NCBI GenBank assembly: GCA_021613535.1
Contig: CP075495.1
Location: 7,688,001 to 7,752,000 of the forward strand
Reading direction: 5' to 3'
Source: Adineta vaga
Taxonomy: Eukaryota; Animalia; Rotifera
DNA: 64,000 nucleotides
The notes under the pieces were generated by a model, which ran no database searches, had not been told where the DNA came from, and saw nothing but the letters and a program-made list of their open reading frames with translations. The position numbers were made by a program, and so were the translations under genes. Position 1 is the stretch's first letter. Every line of letters starts with the position of its first letter. Below, piece by piece: positions 1 to 14,353 of this stretch.

Positions 1-195
1 ATACGAAGTTTTCTACTACATACATATCAGATTGTCGAATAGAACAAATATCATTGTAATATTATTTAATGATACTAATTAAAATATCGAAGTAACTATA
101 TTTGTTCGATCTGATTTCTTTCATTCCTTTTAGGAAGATGAGTGAAATAGAAATCAATTTTGTTTCCTTTTTCATATTTACTATAGATTTATAAA

Positions 196-904
196 ATGCA
201 TTTTCATATTATCGTATGTTGGACATTTCTTTGTATATTACTACCGGTTTCAGGTCGTCGAGACTTGTTTGATACAAAATGCACGTAAGATAGTTTGTAA
301 ATCATTATTAAATTTAATGAAATAACTATCACTAGACGTGAATGTAATACTGTAGAAGGTTCACTTGCTTGTTGGACAGCAACGACAGACGGTTTTGCTT
401 ATGGTCTATCGACAGCTATGATTGATTTTTGTCAAGTAATACTCAAAGTTCGTGAACTTGCCAATGAAACAGTAAGTTCAATTAAAATCTAGATTTTGCT
501 TTTTATTTATTTCCCTTCATAAAAAAAACAGGAATCGTGGTATAACATTAGTCGTAATATTCTAATGAAACAAATTGAAAACTATGAACTTGAAGAAGTT
601 CGACAATTAAAAAAATCAGATATCGAAGCAATTGCCATTTCATTATTAAATAAAGTAAAATTTATTCATTGAATATATATATATATTTTGAAATTCTTCT
701 ATGTAGTGTTATAACGCTTCATCACTTATCAATTCATTTGAACCACCATGTCCATCATGTACTAATGAACAAAATAAATTAATAAAACAATGGCAAGTTT
801 CATCGATTGTTATATATTCTATTGGTTTATTTCTTGTTATAATTGTTTTACTTTTATACTTTTTATATACGTATTATGTTCGTCGTTCATATGTAACTAT
901 TTAA
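196..904 (+). CDS. Unknown type-I membrane glycoprotein, 181 aa, 4 exons (196-284, 336-471, 532-654, 707-904)
   Basis: Three GT-AG introns (51, 60, 52 nt) join into one stop-free frame. It has a signal peptide (MHFHIIVCWTFLCILLPVSG), a Cys-containing ectodomain with NET/NIS/NAS sequons, a TM segment (IVIYSIGLFLVIIVLLLYFLY) and the tail VRRSYVTI*. Absent from the ORF track because the exons are short. Confidence 0.8.
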
Positions 905-1225
905 AAAGAAGAAACTCATTTCTTTCTTGATTAGTATTGATATTTTTTCTACGGAGAAAAAGAATGAAATCAATGAATAGTAAGCTTTGTTTTTTTCTTT
1001 CTCTTTGGCCAAAAAAAAATAGAGCGCAAGCGAAAAGACATGAAAAAAAAGAACTGAAATCAACAAAACAAAGAAAAAGAAACAGAAACTGAAGAGAATA
1101 AGTGGGAAAGGGTCAGACTGAAAGAGAAAAGAAGAACTTTGTTGAAAATGTAGAAAGAGAAAGAGTTGTAGAAGAAGAAGAAGAAGAAGAAGAATCGTCA
1201 CAGATTTTTTATACATTTCCTTCTG

Positions 1226-2490
1226 CTATTCACATTCAAAATTAGGTACAACAGCATCTTCTTTAGTTGCCATATCATTAGTAGCAGTAGTATTCATACA
1301 ACTAATATTATTATTCGATAAAATTAAATCTTCATTAATAATTGAATTTGATACGGCTGTACTCATTGATAATGTCGATGCACTTCTATCACCACCAAAC
1401 CAAACATGTCCAAGAATATCTTGTGTCAAAAGACGTTCATCCGGTTTAACACGTATTAATGATCGAAGTAATGATCGTGCTTTTAATGAAATTGTTCGAG
1501 GTATATCAGGTCGACAACGACCTATTTTAATAAACAAACCCACTAAAGTTCGATCACAAAATGGATAACGACCAAAAAGCATTGTATATAAAATTATTCC
1601 TAAAAATGAAGTTTAATTCTTCTTCATAAGATATAATTTAAGATAGAAAGTGTACCTAAACTCCATGAATCAGCCATTTTGCCTGAATATGTTTGTCGAT
1701 TAAGAACTATTTCAGGACATGCATAAACCGGACAAGAAAAACGTGATGAAACATGATCATCAGTTGCTGTTGGAGTTGCAAGCATAATTGCTTCATCAAT
1801 TCCCGTTAATAATAAATGTGTATGTGTTTGATCTTGAAAAATAATTTTACGTAATTTTAAATCACGTACAATTAATCCCACACGATGACATATTTGTACG
1901 GCACGAACAATTTGAGAAAATAAATTTCTGGATTCATTTTCATGTAAACGATGTTTCTCTGTTATATATTGATGAAGATTATTCGTATAATTTGGATAAA
2001 GAACAATAGCAGTACGATCAAGTGATATAATATCACGAAAAATATGAATATGATATTTATATGCAAGTTGTTCTAATGTTAATTGTGAATTCGTATTTGA
2101 TAGTTGTAATATTGACATAAGACGTTGATATGGTTCTAAACGTTGACGAACAATTTCCAAAGAAAATTCTTTATATAATAATGCTTCACCAGTTGGAATA
2201 TGTCGAGCACATTTAAAATCATCAAATTTAGTTTCGCTAAGTTCATATTCACCGATGATACGAACAGAAGGTAATGTTGGAAGATTTGCTGTTACTAATG
2301 CAACAAATGGATTAATAGGATGAATGGAATCGGGAGTAAGAGGACCTGATGGATCAGTAGATTGAGGAAGAGGAGTAGATGGACTGGAAATTCTCGATGA
2401 AGAGGAAAGTTGTGTTAACAGACGAAGATCAGTATGTTTGGCAGATGATGAATGATGTGTTGGTTGAGACGAAGTTGTTGAAGAAGACAT
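1226..2490 (-). CDS. trbl: Tribbles pseudokinase (2 exons; intron 1600-1655)
   Basis: Motifs IVRDLKLRK, CPVYACPE, YSGKMADSWSLG|IILYTMLFGRYPF, MEK-site-like ILGHVWF and C-terminal COP1-site-like DAVVP. No DFG motif. Confidence 0.92.
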
Positions 2491-2742
2491 AGTTTAAGAT
2501 TGGAGTAAAGAAAGAAAATATGACGAAAGAGAGAACGAGAGCAAAATGATTGAACGAATAAAAAATAAATAAAATATAATTAGAGTTGTTCACTAATATC
2601 TGACTTTAAGATCGGTGAAGATTCAAGAGTAGCATTACTAAAATAAAGAAACAAATATCAAGTAAGTTATGTTCAGAAATAGACATAACATATCTAATAT
2701 ACATTAGAAAAAAAAAGGACGAGAGAAAGAAAAGAAGGTGTT

Positions 2743-5046
2743 ATTGCGAAATCAAACTATCATTGCGCAAGCCATCACCAAACCCGCCACATGGTTGCTC
2801 AATCGTTTGCTAGAGTTAGAGAAGGCGGCTTACGCAATTTTCTTCTTCTTTTTTTTTGTTCGATTAATGTAAAGAAAAGAATCGTTTTTTTCTTTCTTTC
2901 TTTCTTTTCTTCTTTCTTTCTCTATTATCAATCAGATACTCATACAAGGTCAATGAAAAATCTTCTTTGCAATTCTAGGGTAAATTCTTTCTTTAGAGGT
3001 ATGCACATGAGATTTTTACGGAAGAAAAAACTGCCATAAAGATTTTTTTTGTTTTATTTCATAATGCGCTTCATCTTTTGAATAAAATCATTGAGGCTTA
3101 GGAGAATACATTTATCTTCGTTGTTTTCTATTGACAGTCATCTGTTTGTACACTCCCATTGAAGTACTCGTGACCTTCTGTTTTGTACTACACCAAGGCG
3201 ATAGAGACATCGTCTCATGCATTGCTCTCTCTCCCTCCCTTCCCTTCTTTCCGTTATTCCTTTGTCAATGTTTATTTGGTAGGAAATATTTGCACTGAAT
3301 GAAGAAAACTCACTTGTTTATAGAGATTATCTATCCTTACAGTATAGAGAATCAAACCAAGAAAAAGAAGACTTATACATTAATGAAAGAAAAAGAGGTT
3401 ATCATACATTTGACAGAACAAAATGATCTTACCCATTTTCATTAGTCAATATATTTACAGATAAACCAGAGCCAGAAAATCCAAGTGTCAAGTCACCAAA
3501 TGATAAAACCGATTTAGCCGAAGATCCCGAAATATTTGAAGAGCCGTTAATATATTTCGATATATTGCATGCCATGATTTCAGTATCTCAATAAGAAAGA
3601 TTTATATCAATGAAATGGTTTTGACGTCACAAAGTCTTGCGAAACTGGTTTTTCTTCTTGATGTTGACGATTATTGTTTTCTATGTAATGTCTTCTCTCT
3701 TTTTTTTGTAATGTGCGCGTGTATAGACAAGAAAGAGAGAAGGAATGAATTTATATATAGAGAGTCTATGGCGTCGTTCTCTTTTTTTTACGTTCGTTCG
3801 ATGTAGAAAGAAAAAGAAACCACTGCGATCAACACTAGATTGACATGAAATACTAACATCAACCGTTTTTTCTTTTTTTCTCTTCTTTCTTTCTTTCCTT
3901 TTTTTTATCATTCTCCGCCTCTTTCCCCTTCTTTTTTCGAACTTTTTAAAGAGATTGCAACAAATAATGACGACACGAAACGTCATCGTCATGTTGCCTA
4001 TTTACTAACTATGAAACGATAAATAATAGCAACGTAGAAGAGAAATAAAACATAGATATACACTAACACGTGTAGAAAGCAAAATGACGACATTAGAAAA
4101 ATCTTATGCAAGACTTGGAAAAAGTGAAAACGATGCAAAATTTACTCACATAGAGAAATGAATCATTGAAAAAGCTATGATAGTGCATTTTTTTCCCCCT
4201 TCATATTTATTTGTTCCCATCGAACAATTTTAATCGTAAACAAATTTCATCATTCTTGTTGTCTTTTTTTATCTTCGACATTCTGATGAATCATTACAGT
4301 AAACATGACGTCATTTATAACAAATCCATGTTTTATCACTAATCATACTTTTGAACATTGTCCAGAAAATAAATTCGCTAAATAAATGAATCATTTTCTT
4401 TTCAACTATCTTGTCCTAAATGATCTTGACAAAGATCAGTAAGTGACATTATGTCATCGTAGTTCTGATTGCACTTCTTCAAGAAATAATGAAGAGGACG
4501 ACACTAACACATGAATATGTTAAGTAACTCAACGGAGTATGATGATATAATAGAGACACGTATATATGTATATACATACGCTTCGATCATTTTCAATGGA
4601 TTTGAAAGAAACAAATTCATCTTGTTCCCATGCATCATCTCTTCCTTTTTTTCTTGTTCTTCTTCTTCTCCTTCGTTTTTTCTTCTTCTTCTTCTTCTTT
4701 ACATAATCAACAAAAAGAAAATGTTGTAACAACATCTCCATTTTTCACTATAGTGACTAGTACAACGATTATTAGCATTTTACTGATGATAGTTTGATCT
4801 AGGCATAACACATTTTATGTAACACTTCTTGTTCCATATTATCTTCTTTACAATAGACATCAGATTCGAAAGTATACTAAATAAGCGATCCATCGTTATC
4901 GATTACGTAATTAGTAAGGAACTATAATCATATTACGAAATAGAATGCATGTAAAAAAAGTCAAACATACACACACAAGGCAAGCACTTGCCACTGCTAA
5001 ATGGACGCGGCGACGTGGTTTACGTAACTGGCTAAGGTTATGTAAA
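2743..5046. promoter_or_regulatory. Cluster of bZIP (C/EBP, CRE/ATF, PAR/NFIL3) consensus sites upstream of tribbles
   Basis: ATTGCGAAAT 2743, ATTGCGCAAG 2762, CTTACGCAAT 2829, TGACGTCA 3622, CTTGCGAAAC 3636, CTTATGCAAG 4103, ATGACGTCAT 4305, TTATGTAA 4815, ATTACGTAAT 4902, ATTACGAAAT 4932, TTTACGTAAC 5019, GTTATGTAAA 5037. Confidence 0.6.
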
Positions 5047-5119
5047 AAGGAAAGAAGAGGAAGAGAGAATGAGAAGGAAAGAGAGACGACGTCGTCATCA
5101 AGGACAAGGCCATCGATTC

Positions 5120-5154
<35 letters not shown>
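5120..5154. repeat. (ATG/GAT)n microsatellite
   Basis: About 11 perfect trinucleotide units. Confidence 0.9.
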
Positions 5155-5899
5155 ATTCTTTCGTTCTTTTAGGTAATAGCGGAAGTACAATACTTGTTCT
5201 TGAACAGCAGTATGATTAGGAAATCCTATGAGAATAAAGAAATTGTATTTTACATATATTCCGCTTGAAGGTTAGTGAAAAAGATTAATCCGAAGAAGAA
5301 AGAAATGCACTCGCAAAGTTTGATTATTCCATTCTATTTCATAATTAATTGTTCTATCATCCGCTTGTATTAAAGCATTCATACTAAAAGTTCATCAGTT
5401 ATATTCGATAAAAGTGAAACAATACAAAAATGATACATTATAATTGATAAATATTAATCATATGAATATGTACGATAGGTTTAGTATAAAAGAAGAAGAA
5501 AAAGAAAAGAATTCAATGTATATAGAAATGAATCATTGGAATCTTACATAATTCTCCCATTGACCTTGGTTCATTTGCTTTGCATGTTGATTTATTATTC
5601 TTACGAAATTATCATAGACAACGAACTTAAATAAAATATTCTCGACAAACAGAATAAATTTCGAAATTTCACTTGTGTCTAGATTATTAAAAAAGTTTTT
5701 CATAGAATTGATGCTTATATAAGCATTGATTTAGTTCTTTACCAATATAAATTTCATTATTTTTTCAATTTATAAAATCGAAATTAAAATATATATGTAT
5801 GAATATGATGATAATAATTATAAAACGAAATATTAACGACGATAAAATGTCAGACAATAAAAGCAGAAGATGATTGATGAATTCGATCATTGAGAATGT

Positions 5900-7640
<1,741 letters not shown>

Positions 7641-8491
7641 GGAATAAAATTAGAAAAATTGTATAGAAAATATAAATGCAAACAGAGAATAAAAACAGAA
7701 GATTATTGGATTGTTTTGATTGATTTCAGCAAACGACAAACAAAATTTTTCGATCAGCGCGTGACAATTTGTTTTTAAATACACAAAACTGTCTGTCGAA
7801 TGCAAAAATGATTCAGGATATTATTTTATGTTGTCACTCACTCAAACAAAAAATGACAGAAAGTAGTCAATTTCTACGTCGAGGGTGGCGCAAGATTATC
7901 AGTCGCATTGAAAAACACCAATCTATATAATGACAAGTATTGCCTAATTTCATGAAACTTATTCACGACGTAATTAGGAAATTTTTGATCGATGACAGAT
8001 ACTTTTCGTAACTGATATTTGAATAGATACATGTTAAATTATCAATAGATGGTGCTGAATGATACATATATAGATTGACTCAAAGAAAGAAGGAAGTAAT
8101 ATGAATCCAAAAATATTGATAGTCTTCGCATTTCATATGAATAATTATTAATGGTGAACAGCCTTTCAAATGAATGAAAGAATATGATTACAAGAGAAAG
8201 GAAAGAACTGTAGTATAAGAGTAAATCTTCATGTACTTTGCCTATATATAATTATGAAACATTATATAACTGAGGTGTACTGCATTTATAGAATCGAATT
8301 TTCTTGTCATCTACACCACGAGAGATTTATTCAATTAACAAATGATGATCAGTGTACAAATCAATCATAGCTATGAAACTTTCTTTCTCTAGCAACATTT
8401 GAAAAAAAATTAGTTTCTATTTCGCACCAAGATTGTTTTTTTGTTATTTCGATCTATTTTGTTTTCTCACCTATTCTTTCATGCTCAATAA

Positions 8492-10552
8492 ATGTTCATA
8501 GATGATAAATTTCGTCAAGATAAACAAATTCATCATCATCATCATCATGTAAATCATTTCTCATTGTCACTGAAACAAAATATTATCGAACAAGCAGCAT
8601 CTATGCTTTTACAACATGTCACATTAAATCGAAATATTTATCATAGTGCTCGAAATACGAATGGAAATGCATTTGATGAACATCATCATTCCTTACATTC
8701 TATACAACGAAAGAGAAAAGAAGTTCGACGAACTAGAAAATGTAATTCATGGTTATCAAAAGTTCCGACAAAAAGTGATACATCTCTCAATCGGTAAATT
8801 TAATTGAACAATTTATATCTACAGTAGAAATGAAGAATTTTTAAATACAAATCTTATTTAGATCAGCAATACACGTTCAAACATCATCGATTCGTTGTCG
8901 TTCTCCAATGTTAAAAATGCATCCCAATCAGATAACATTATCAAGTAATGCTGCTACAAATATCATCACTGATTCACAGCTACAAACAGAATCATTTACA
9001 CAACCATTTATTGTAAATGATGACAAATTCGTCAAAACTCTCATCAATTTTTCTTTATTTCAGATGGTACATAAAAAACGTCTTCGTCCTGATCAATTTC
9101 TTTCGACAATGCAAAATTGTATACAACCACCCTATAGTCAAAATCATTTCTATTTATTAGATCAAGCCAATATGCTTAAATTTCAACGAAATCTTCATTT
9201 GAATACAGAACAATCTATGAATTTCAAACGTAAATATTCGGATGATGATATTTCACGACATTGTTCTGAAATGGAAATGAATCAAACATCTCCATTTGAA
9301 CAATCTTTACCGAAAACTGCAGATCATATAAGTATTAATAAATATCATTACGAATCAAAAAGTCCATCAATATTCAAAAATAAATTAGAAAATGATCAAA
9401 GCATCGATAGACAAAATTCTGAACAATCACATGTAATTTTATCACGTTTAGAAAAGATTTTAGATTTATGTGGCGAATTACGATCAATTGCCAAAGATGT
9501 TGAATTACATCTTAATGAGCAATCAATTTCGAAAACAACTGCAATTGAAATCAATGAAAAAGAACTCGATTCAGAACAAACGATTGTTGATATTTATAAA
9601 GAACTTGAAAATCAACAAACCAGTATGAAAAATACTCATGAACAAACTGCTCCACCGCCAACTTATCAATCTACTAATGATATATCATCAATTCATTCGG
9701 AAAGTAATAAATCCATTCAATTGATAGTTTGTTGAGATATAAAAATGAATGTAGATTTGTTTGTTCATTTTCTATTTTCTCTTTAGCAAACTGAATCATT
9801 TAAAACAAAATCACCGAATTTAAGAATATCACAAACAAAATTACGTAAATCAGAAGATATTTGTTCATGTTTTTTAAAATCATTTCTTGAAAAAGAAAAT
9901 TGTGAACTTACATCTGATGAACAAGAATATTTAAATGAATTAACCAATGCTTATATACTTGGTAGAGAACAAATTTTAATAGAACAACAGGAGGTTAGAT
10001 TTCAATTCATTATCCAAAGTTTGTGACTGAAAAACTTTATTTTAATATTCATAGTTAAGAGAAAACGTTCAAACATCTATAAACGAAAGTTTACCGGACG
10101 ATTCTGAGGAACAAAGATCGTTAGTATACGATACAAACAATAATAATCAATTCACTACCTCGATGAATCTATCGTCTCTTTCATTTCGTACGAATGATGA
10201 AAAATTTTCATCATTACTTCCTCGAACGATTACTTCTACAAGTGAATCACTTGTTAACGATCAATCATCGTTACCTGCTCTATCTGAAATGATCAGTTTG
10301 AAACATCAGATATTTCTTCATGAACCAATAGCAATGAAAACAATCAATGTTTTACCTGGTATTGGTAGAAAATATGCTGAACAATTAGAAGAATGTGGAT
10401 TTCCTACTGTAAGGCGTTTACTTGGTTTCTATTTGATGATCAAAGATGATCAACATTTTGTCATATGGCTTAATAATAAAGTAGGAATATCGTTTCATTC
10501 AGCATGGCTATGTACAAATGCACTTCGATCATGGTGTCAAGTACATCTTTGA
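8492..10552 (+). CDS. ~623-aa protein with long low-complexity N-terminus and C-terminal BAF (barrier-to-autointegration factor) domain; exons 8492-8793, 8862-9726, 9787-9993, 10055-10552 (5' start uncertain)
   Basis: Three GT-AG introns (68, 60, 61 nt) join the ORFs in frame. The C-terminus SLKHQIFLHEPIAMKTINVLPGIGRKYAEQLEECGF...LLGFYLMIKDDQHFVIWL...CTNALRSWCQVHL matches BAF (SQKHRDFVAEPMGEK...LAGIG...LEERGF...LGQFL...W...C...LREWC). Confidence 0.8.
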
Positions 10553-11345
10553 ATTTAATTTCTTTTTCTTCTTAATAAATAAATGTTTACAGAGTATTCT
10601 ATATGTTGAGACTAACAATCGATTCCTTAATGATATTATCAGTGATAATACTTTTATGTAAAATGAGTTTCCTAGAATAAAAATAAAAGCAATATTTCGA
10701 AAAAGAAAATGTGGTCAACAGAGCTAATATATTGAATAAACATAAATATTATTTTGTTTTCGTATGATTATTGATGTATACAACGTCGCTGTTCGTTTGA
10801 TTAATGACCGAAAAATAAAGTCAACAGATTATGTAGTGATGATAGACAATTTTGTCGTCTAACGGTTATAAGGTATGACTATACCACCTACGTATAGAAA
10901 TATAGAAAAGAAAAATCATGAAATGATCAGAATTTTGTATACAAAGCTCTTCCTACTTTCACCACCAAGAAAATGTACGTGATGTCAACCGAAACATACC
11001 ATTACAGGTTGATCATGATTAAATGGTTGGAGAGAGAAAACAAAAATGACTTGTTAGACGCTTTTATTGTGCAATGTTTTCTCGAATTGATCTATAAGTT
11101 GCAATATAAACATGATTTTCATATCCTCCGATAGAATTAGTATGTCGTCTCTATGTACTTACGTTCTTTTTGTGTATGAACAATGAAATCATATTTTGTT
11201 ATAGGAAGAAAATTATTTCTTATTTTGCGTCCACACCATGCTAAATGCAATGAGGCATAACCAATGAAAATAGAATATAAACGTATCACACTGTTCGTTA
11301 CTTTTATTGTTTTTTTTGTTTTCCTAGCGAGAAACTCTCCACATA

Positions 11346-12326
11346 ATGAACTATCCTGTACCACCATATGGAGTTGTTCCACCGCCACCTAAATCCAATA
11401 TGAAAAAAATTCTCATTATTGTTGGCATTATTGTTGGTTTAATCATAGTTATTGGTATTATTGCTGTTGCACTTGGTGTTGGTCTTGGTGTTGGTTTATC
11501 ACGAAATAAAGATGATTCATCAAGTAGCAGTAGCAGTAGCAGTAGTAGTAGCAGTTCTGGTTCTGTCCTATCACCACCTTCAGTATCATGTACTTATGGT
11601 GGTTCAAGTACGTGTGGTTGTTCTGCAGTCCAACCATCATTTTTATCATCAAAAATATATCAAGGTTATACTGCAACTGCCAATTCTTGGCCATGGATGG
11701 TAGCACTTTATATTAGTGATAATAGAACATTTTGTGGAGGTTTTCTTATCGATTATCAACATGTTGTAACAGCAGCACATTGTGTCATTTCAGCCACAGG
11801 TACAAGTAGGGTTTATGCTGGTCTACAAACACTTTCTTCACGAAACAGTGCACAATCACGTGTGATTAGTAAGATTGATACTCATCCAAGTTATTCAACA
11901 TCAACTTATGTTAATGATATCGCTGTTGTAACTCTTGAATCACCTTTTGATCAAACATCAACCGTTGGTAAATGTTGTATGACAAGTGATACTTCATTAC
12001 CAAGTTTAAATGAACACGGTGTGATTATCGGGTGGGGACAGCCATCATCTAGTGTCACAACCGTTTCTAATGAACTACTTCAAGGTGTCATTCAAGTTCA
12101 AGCTGCTTCAGTATGTAGCTCATCAGCAATTAGTACTCGATTTTGCGCCGGTTACAGTGGTACTGATGCTTGTTTTGGTGATAGTGGTAGTCCGTTTATG
12201 ACAAGTGTTAATAATCTATGGACATGCACAGGTGTTGTCAGTGCTGGTAGAGGTTGTGGTGTAGCTACGCTTTATACTCGAGTTTCATCTTATCAAACAT
12301 TTATAAATGGAATTATCAATGGTTAA
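11346..12326 (+). CDS. Intronless type-II transmembrane trypsin-like (S1A) serine protease
   Basis: N-terminal signal-anchor, poly-Ser stalk and activation site K|IYQG. Catalytic triad TAAHC / NDIAV / GDSGSP is intact, with Asp at the S1 pocket (TDAC). Confidence 0.93.
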   Translation: MNYPVPPYGVVPPPPKSNMKKILIIVGIIVGLIIVIGIIAVALGVGLGVGLSRNKDDSSSSSSSSSSSSSSGSVLSPPSVSCTYGGSSTCGCSAVQPSFLSSKIYQGYTATANSWPWMVALYISDNRTFCGGFLIDYQHVVTAAHCVISATGTSRVYAGLQTLSSRNSAQSRVISKIDTHPSYSTSTYVNDIAVVTLESPFDQTSTVGKCCMTSDTSLPSLNEHGVIIGWGQPSSSVTTVSNELLQGVIQVQAASVCSSSAISTRFCAGYSGTDACFGDSGSPFMTSVNNLWTCTGVVSAGRGCGVATLYTRVSSYQTFINGIING

Positions 12327-13659
12327 AAACTGTAACTATCTCTCTATGAACAACTATTACAATCGATTTTAGATTTGTGTATGTGTGTGTGTCTAGTAGA
12401 CATTTCTTGTTTTTGTTATTGACTTTGAATAAATAGATGTAAAGACATTTTATAATAAATATTTTTATGCGTGATGAAATAAAATGAATGTCTCATCGGT
12501 GATTAAAGCTGTTTATTTGTAGAGCAAAGAATCACTCATGAATAGTATAATGTAGAAGAGAACTTTACTTTTATGTTTACTTATGTCACGAAAGCTGTGC
12601 ACGATTTTCTTCGACAATTAGAAAAAAAACAAAGAGCATACTTAACTGATTGTCACAGATGAAATAATATTGCCATGTTTAAATTATCGAGCGTTGAAAT
12701 TTCGAGAAAAGCAGTCTGTACTCATGAAAATAAATACATTATATACAAAGGCCTATTTTCTATTATATCAACAAGGTAGAATTAGGAAATGTAAAAGGGA
12801 ACACATCGATCGATTACATAAAATACTTTATTAAGATATCTAAAAAGAAGCAATGCATTTTTACTAATTAATACCTGACAAATAATCACGTAGGCGCTCG
12901 CTCTAGGACATTTCTAATTCTTCGAGTACATTGTATTTTATTGGACGATGATGAACTTGATCAGATGAAAATTAATTTTTAAAATGAAGAGATATATAGA
13001 AGTTTTTAACTAGCTGATGGATTACTATCAGACTATGATATATTATTTGAAATGAAATAAATGCTCGCTTTCGATTCTATACGAAATGATAAACAAATAT
13101 GTCATTTGCAACTATTCAAAACTTATTTCAATTTAATTTTCATGTCATCTAAACAGATGAATGAATTATCAATTATTTTATCAAGTGCATTGTTCATGCT
13201 TATCAGCATATATGGAACATTTTTAGGATGATTTAATATGGAAAAAGCAACTTCTAATAGAGACAATAATTTTGATAAAATCAAATTATTGAATACAAGA
13301 TGGTTAATACGAGCCAGAATCTTTTAATGTAAAAGCTATCTCTTCCGCTTGTTCGAAACTCACCATGAACTTCATATTATTATTATTATTATCATTCTCA
13401 GTTTCGTCTTCTTCTCCTTCTTCCTTGTTTTTAGTATGCTGAGACTCGTAGAAAATATGTCTCAGTCCTATTAACCAAAAGTATAGGATTCTTCAACGAA
13501 CGTGCTTGTGTGTTCAACGTAAAATAACCAAATACACTCATTAAGTGTCAAGAAATAAAAAGCAACGAAGAAATATGCAGATGACGAACAAAACTTGTGT
13601 GAAGAATCATGCAGAGAGAAAGGCAGATGTGATGAAATGGGCCGACTGGAAAGGAGAAA

Positions 13660-13687
13660 AGAAGAAGAAGAAGAAGAAGAAGAAGAG
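13660..13687. repeat. (GAA)n microsatellite
   Basis: About 9 GAA units. Confidence 0.85.
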
Positions 13688-14353
13688 GAGGGAGCACGAA
13701 CACCCGTTGGCGATGAATCTAGATAAAGAATAGAGGCCGACGAGGGGCGAAGGGTTTGTCTTGGCTGTTATTACAATATAAAAAAGAGAAAGAGACAGAG
13801 AGAGAGAGAGAGAAAACGAGAAAAGCAAGAATAAGAGATTGAAAGTTTCCTAACAAGAAGCAACTGATGCATAATTTTGCCAATAATGCTTCTGGTCATA
13901 TGAACATATAGGCTATTATTCAGTGAGTAATTAGCTCTTTTTCTCTCTCTCTATGTTTATCAAGGGAGTTCTTAATTTAATACTGGTTAGCAAACAAGTT
14001 TTTGATTGACATCTGTCATATAGAAATGTAAAGAAAAATAAAATATTCTGTTGATAGATGAACAGGACTGAGAACGTTTATTGGATCCTTCTTCTTCTTT
14101 TCTTTTTCTTAATAGTTGAATACTTGGTTGAAACTATCTGAGGAGCATATATTCTATGACCTTTTTTTCTCATTTAAAAAACGTTTACAGTAAATAAGCG
14201 ATATTTACCGGAAGGAACTCGATCAGATGTAACAATATCTTACTCCTAGTGATCAGAATTCTCATTTAGCAAAAGTTGGTTTATTAGAAGAAAAAAAACT
14301 CTCTAGAAAAGAACATCGTTGCTTTGTTCTTTTTAGTATCTTATCTTCTGACT

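Noticed and set aside
887-1216. 109-aa minus-strand ORF rich in Leu/Phe
   Set aside because: Translation of GAA/A-rich 3' UTR sequence between convergent genes; no domain.
2791-5172. Several 60-100 aa ORFs upstream of tribbles
   Set aside because: They derive from purine/pyrimidine tracts and microsatellites, with no consistent splice model.
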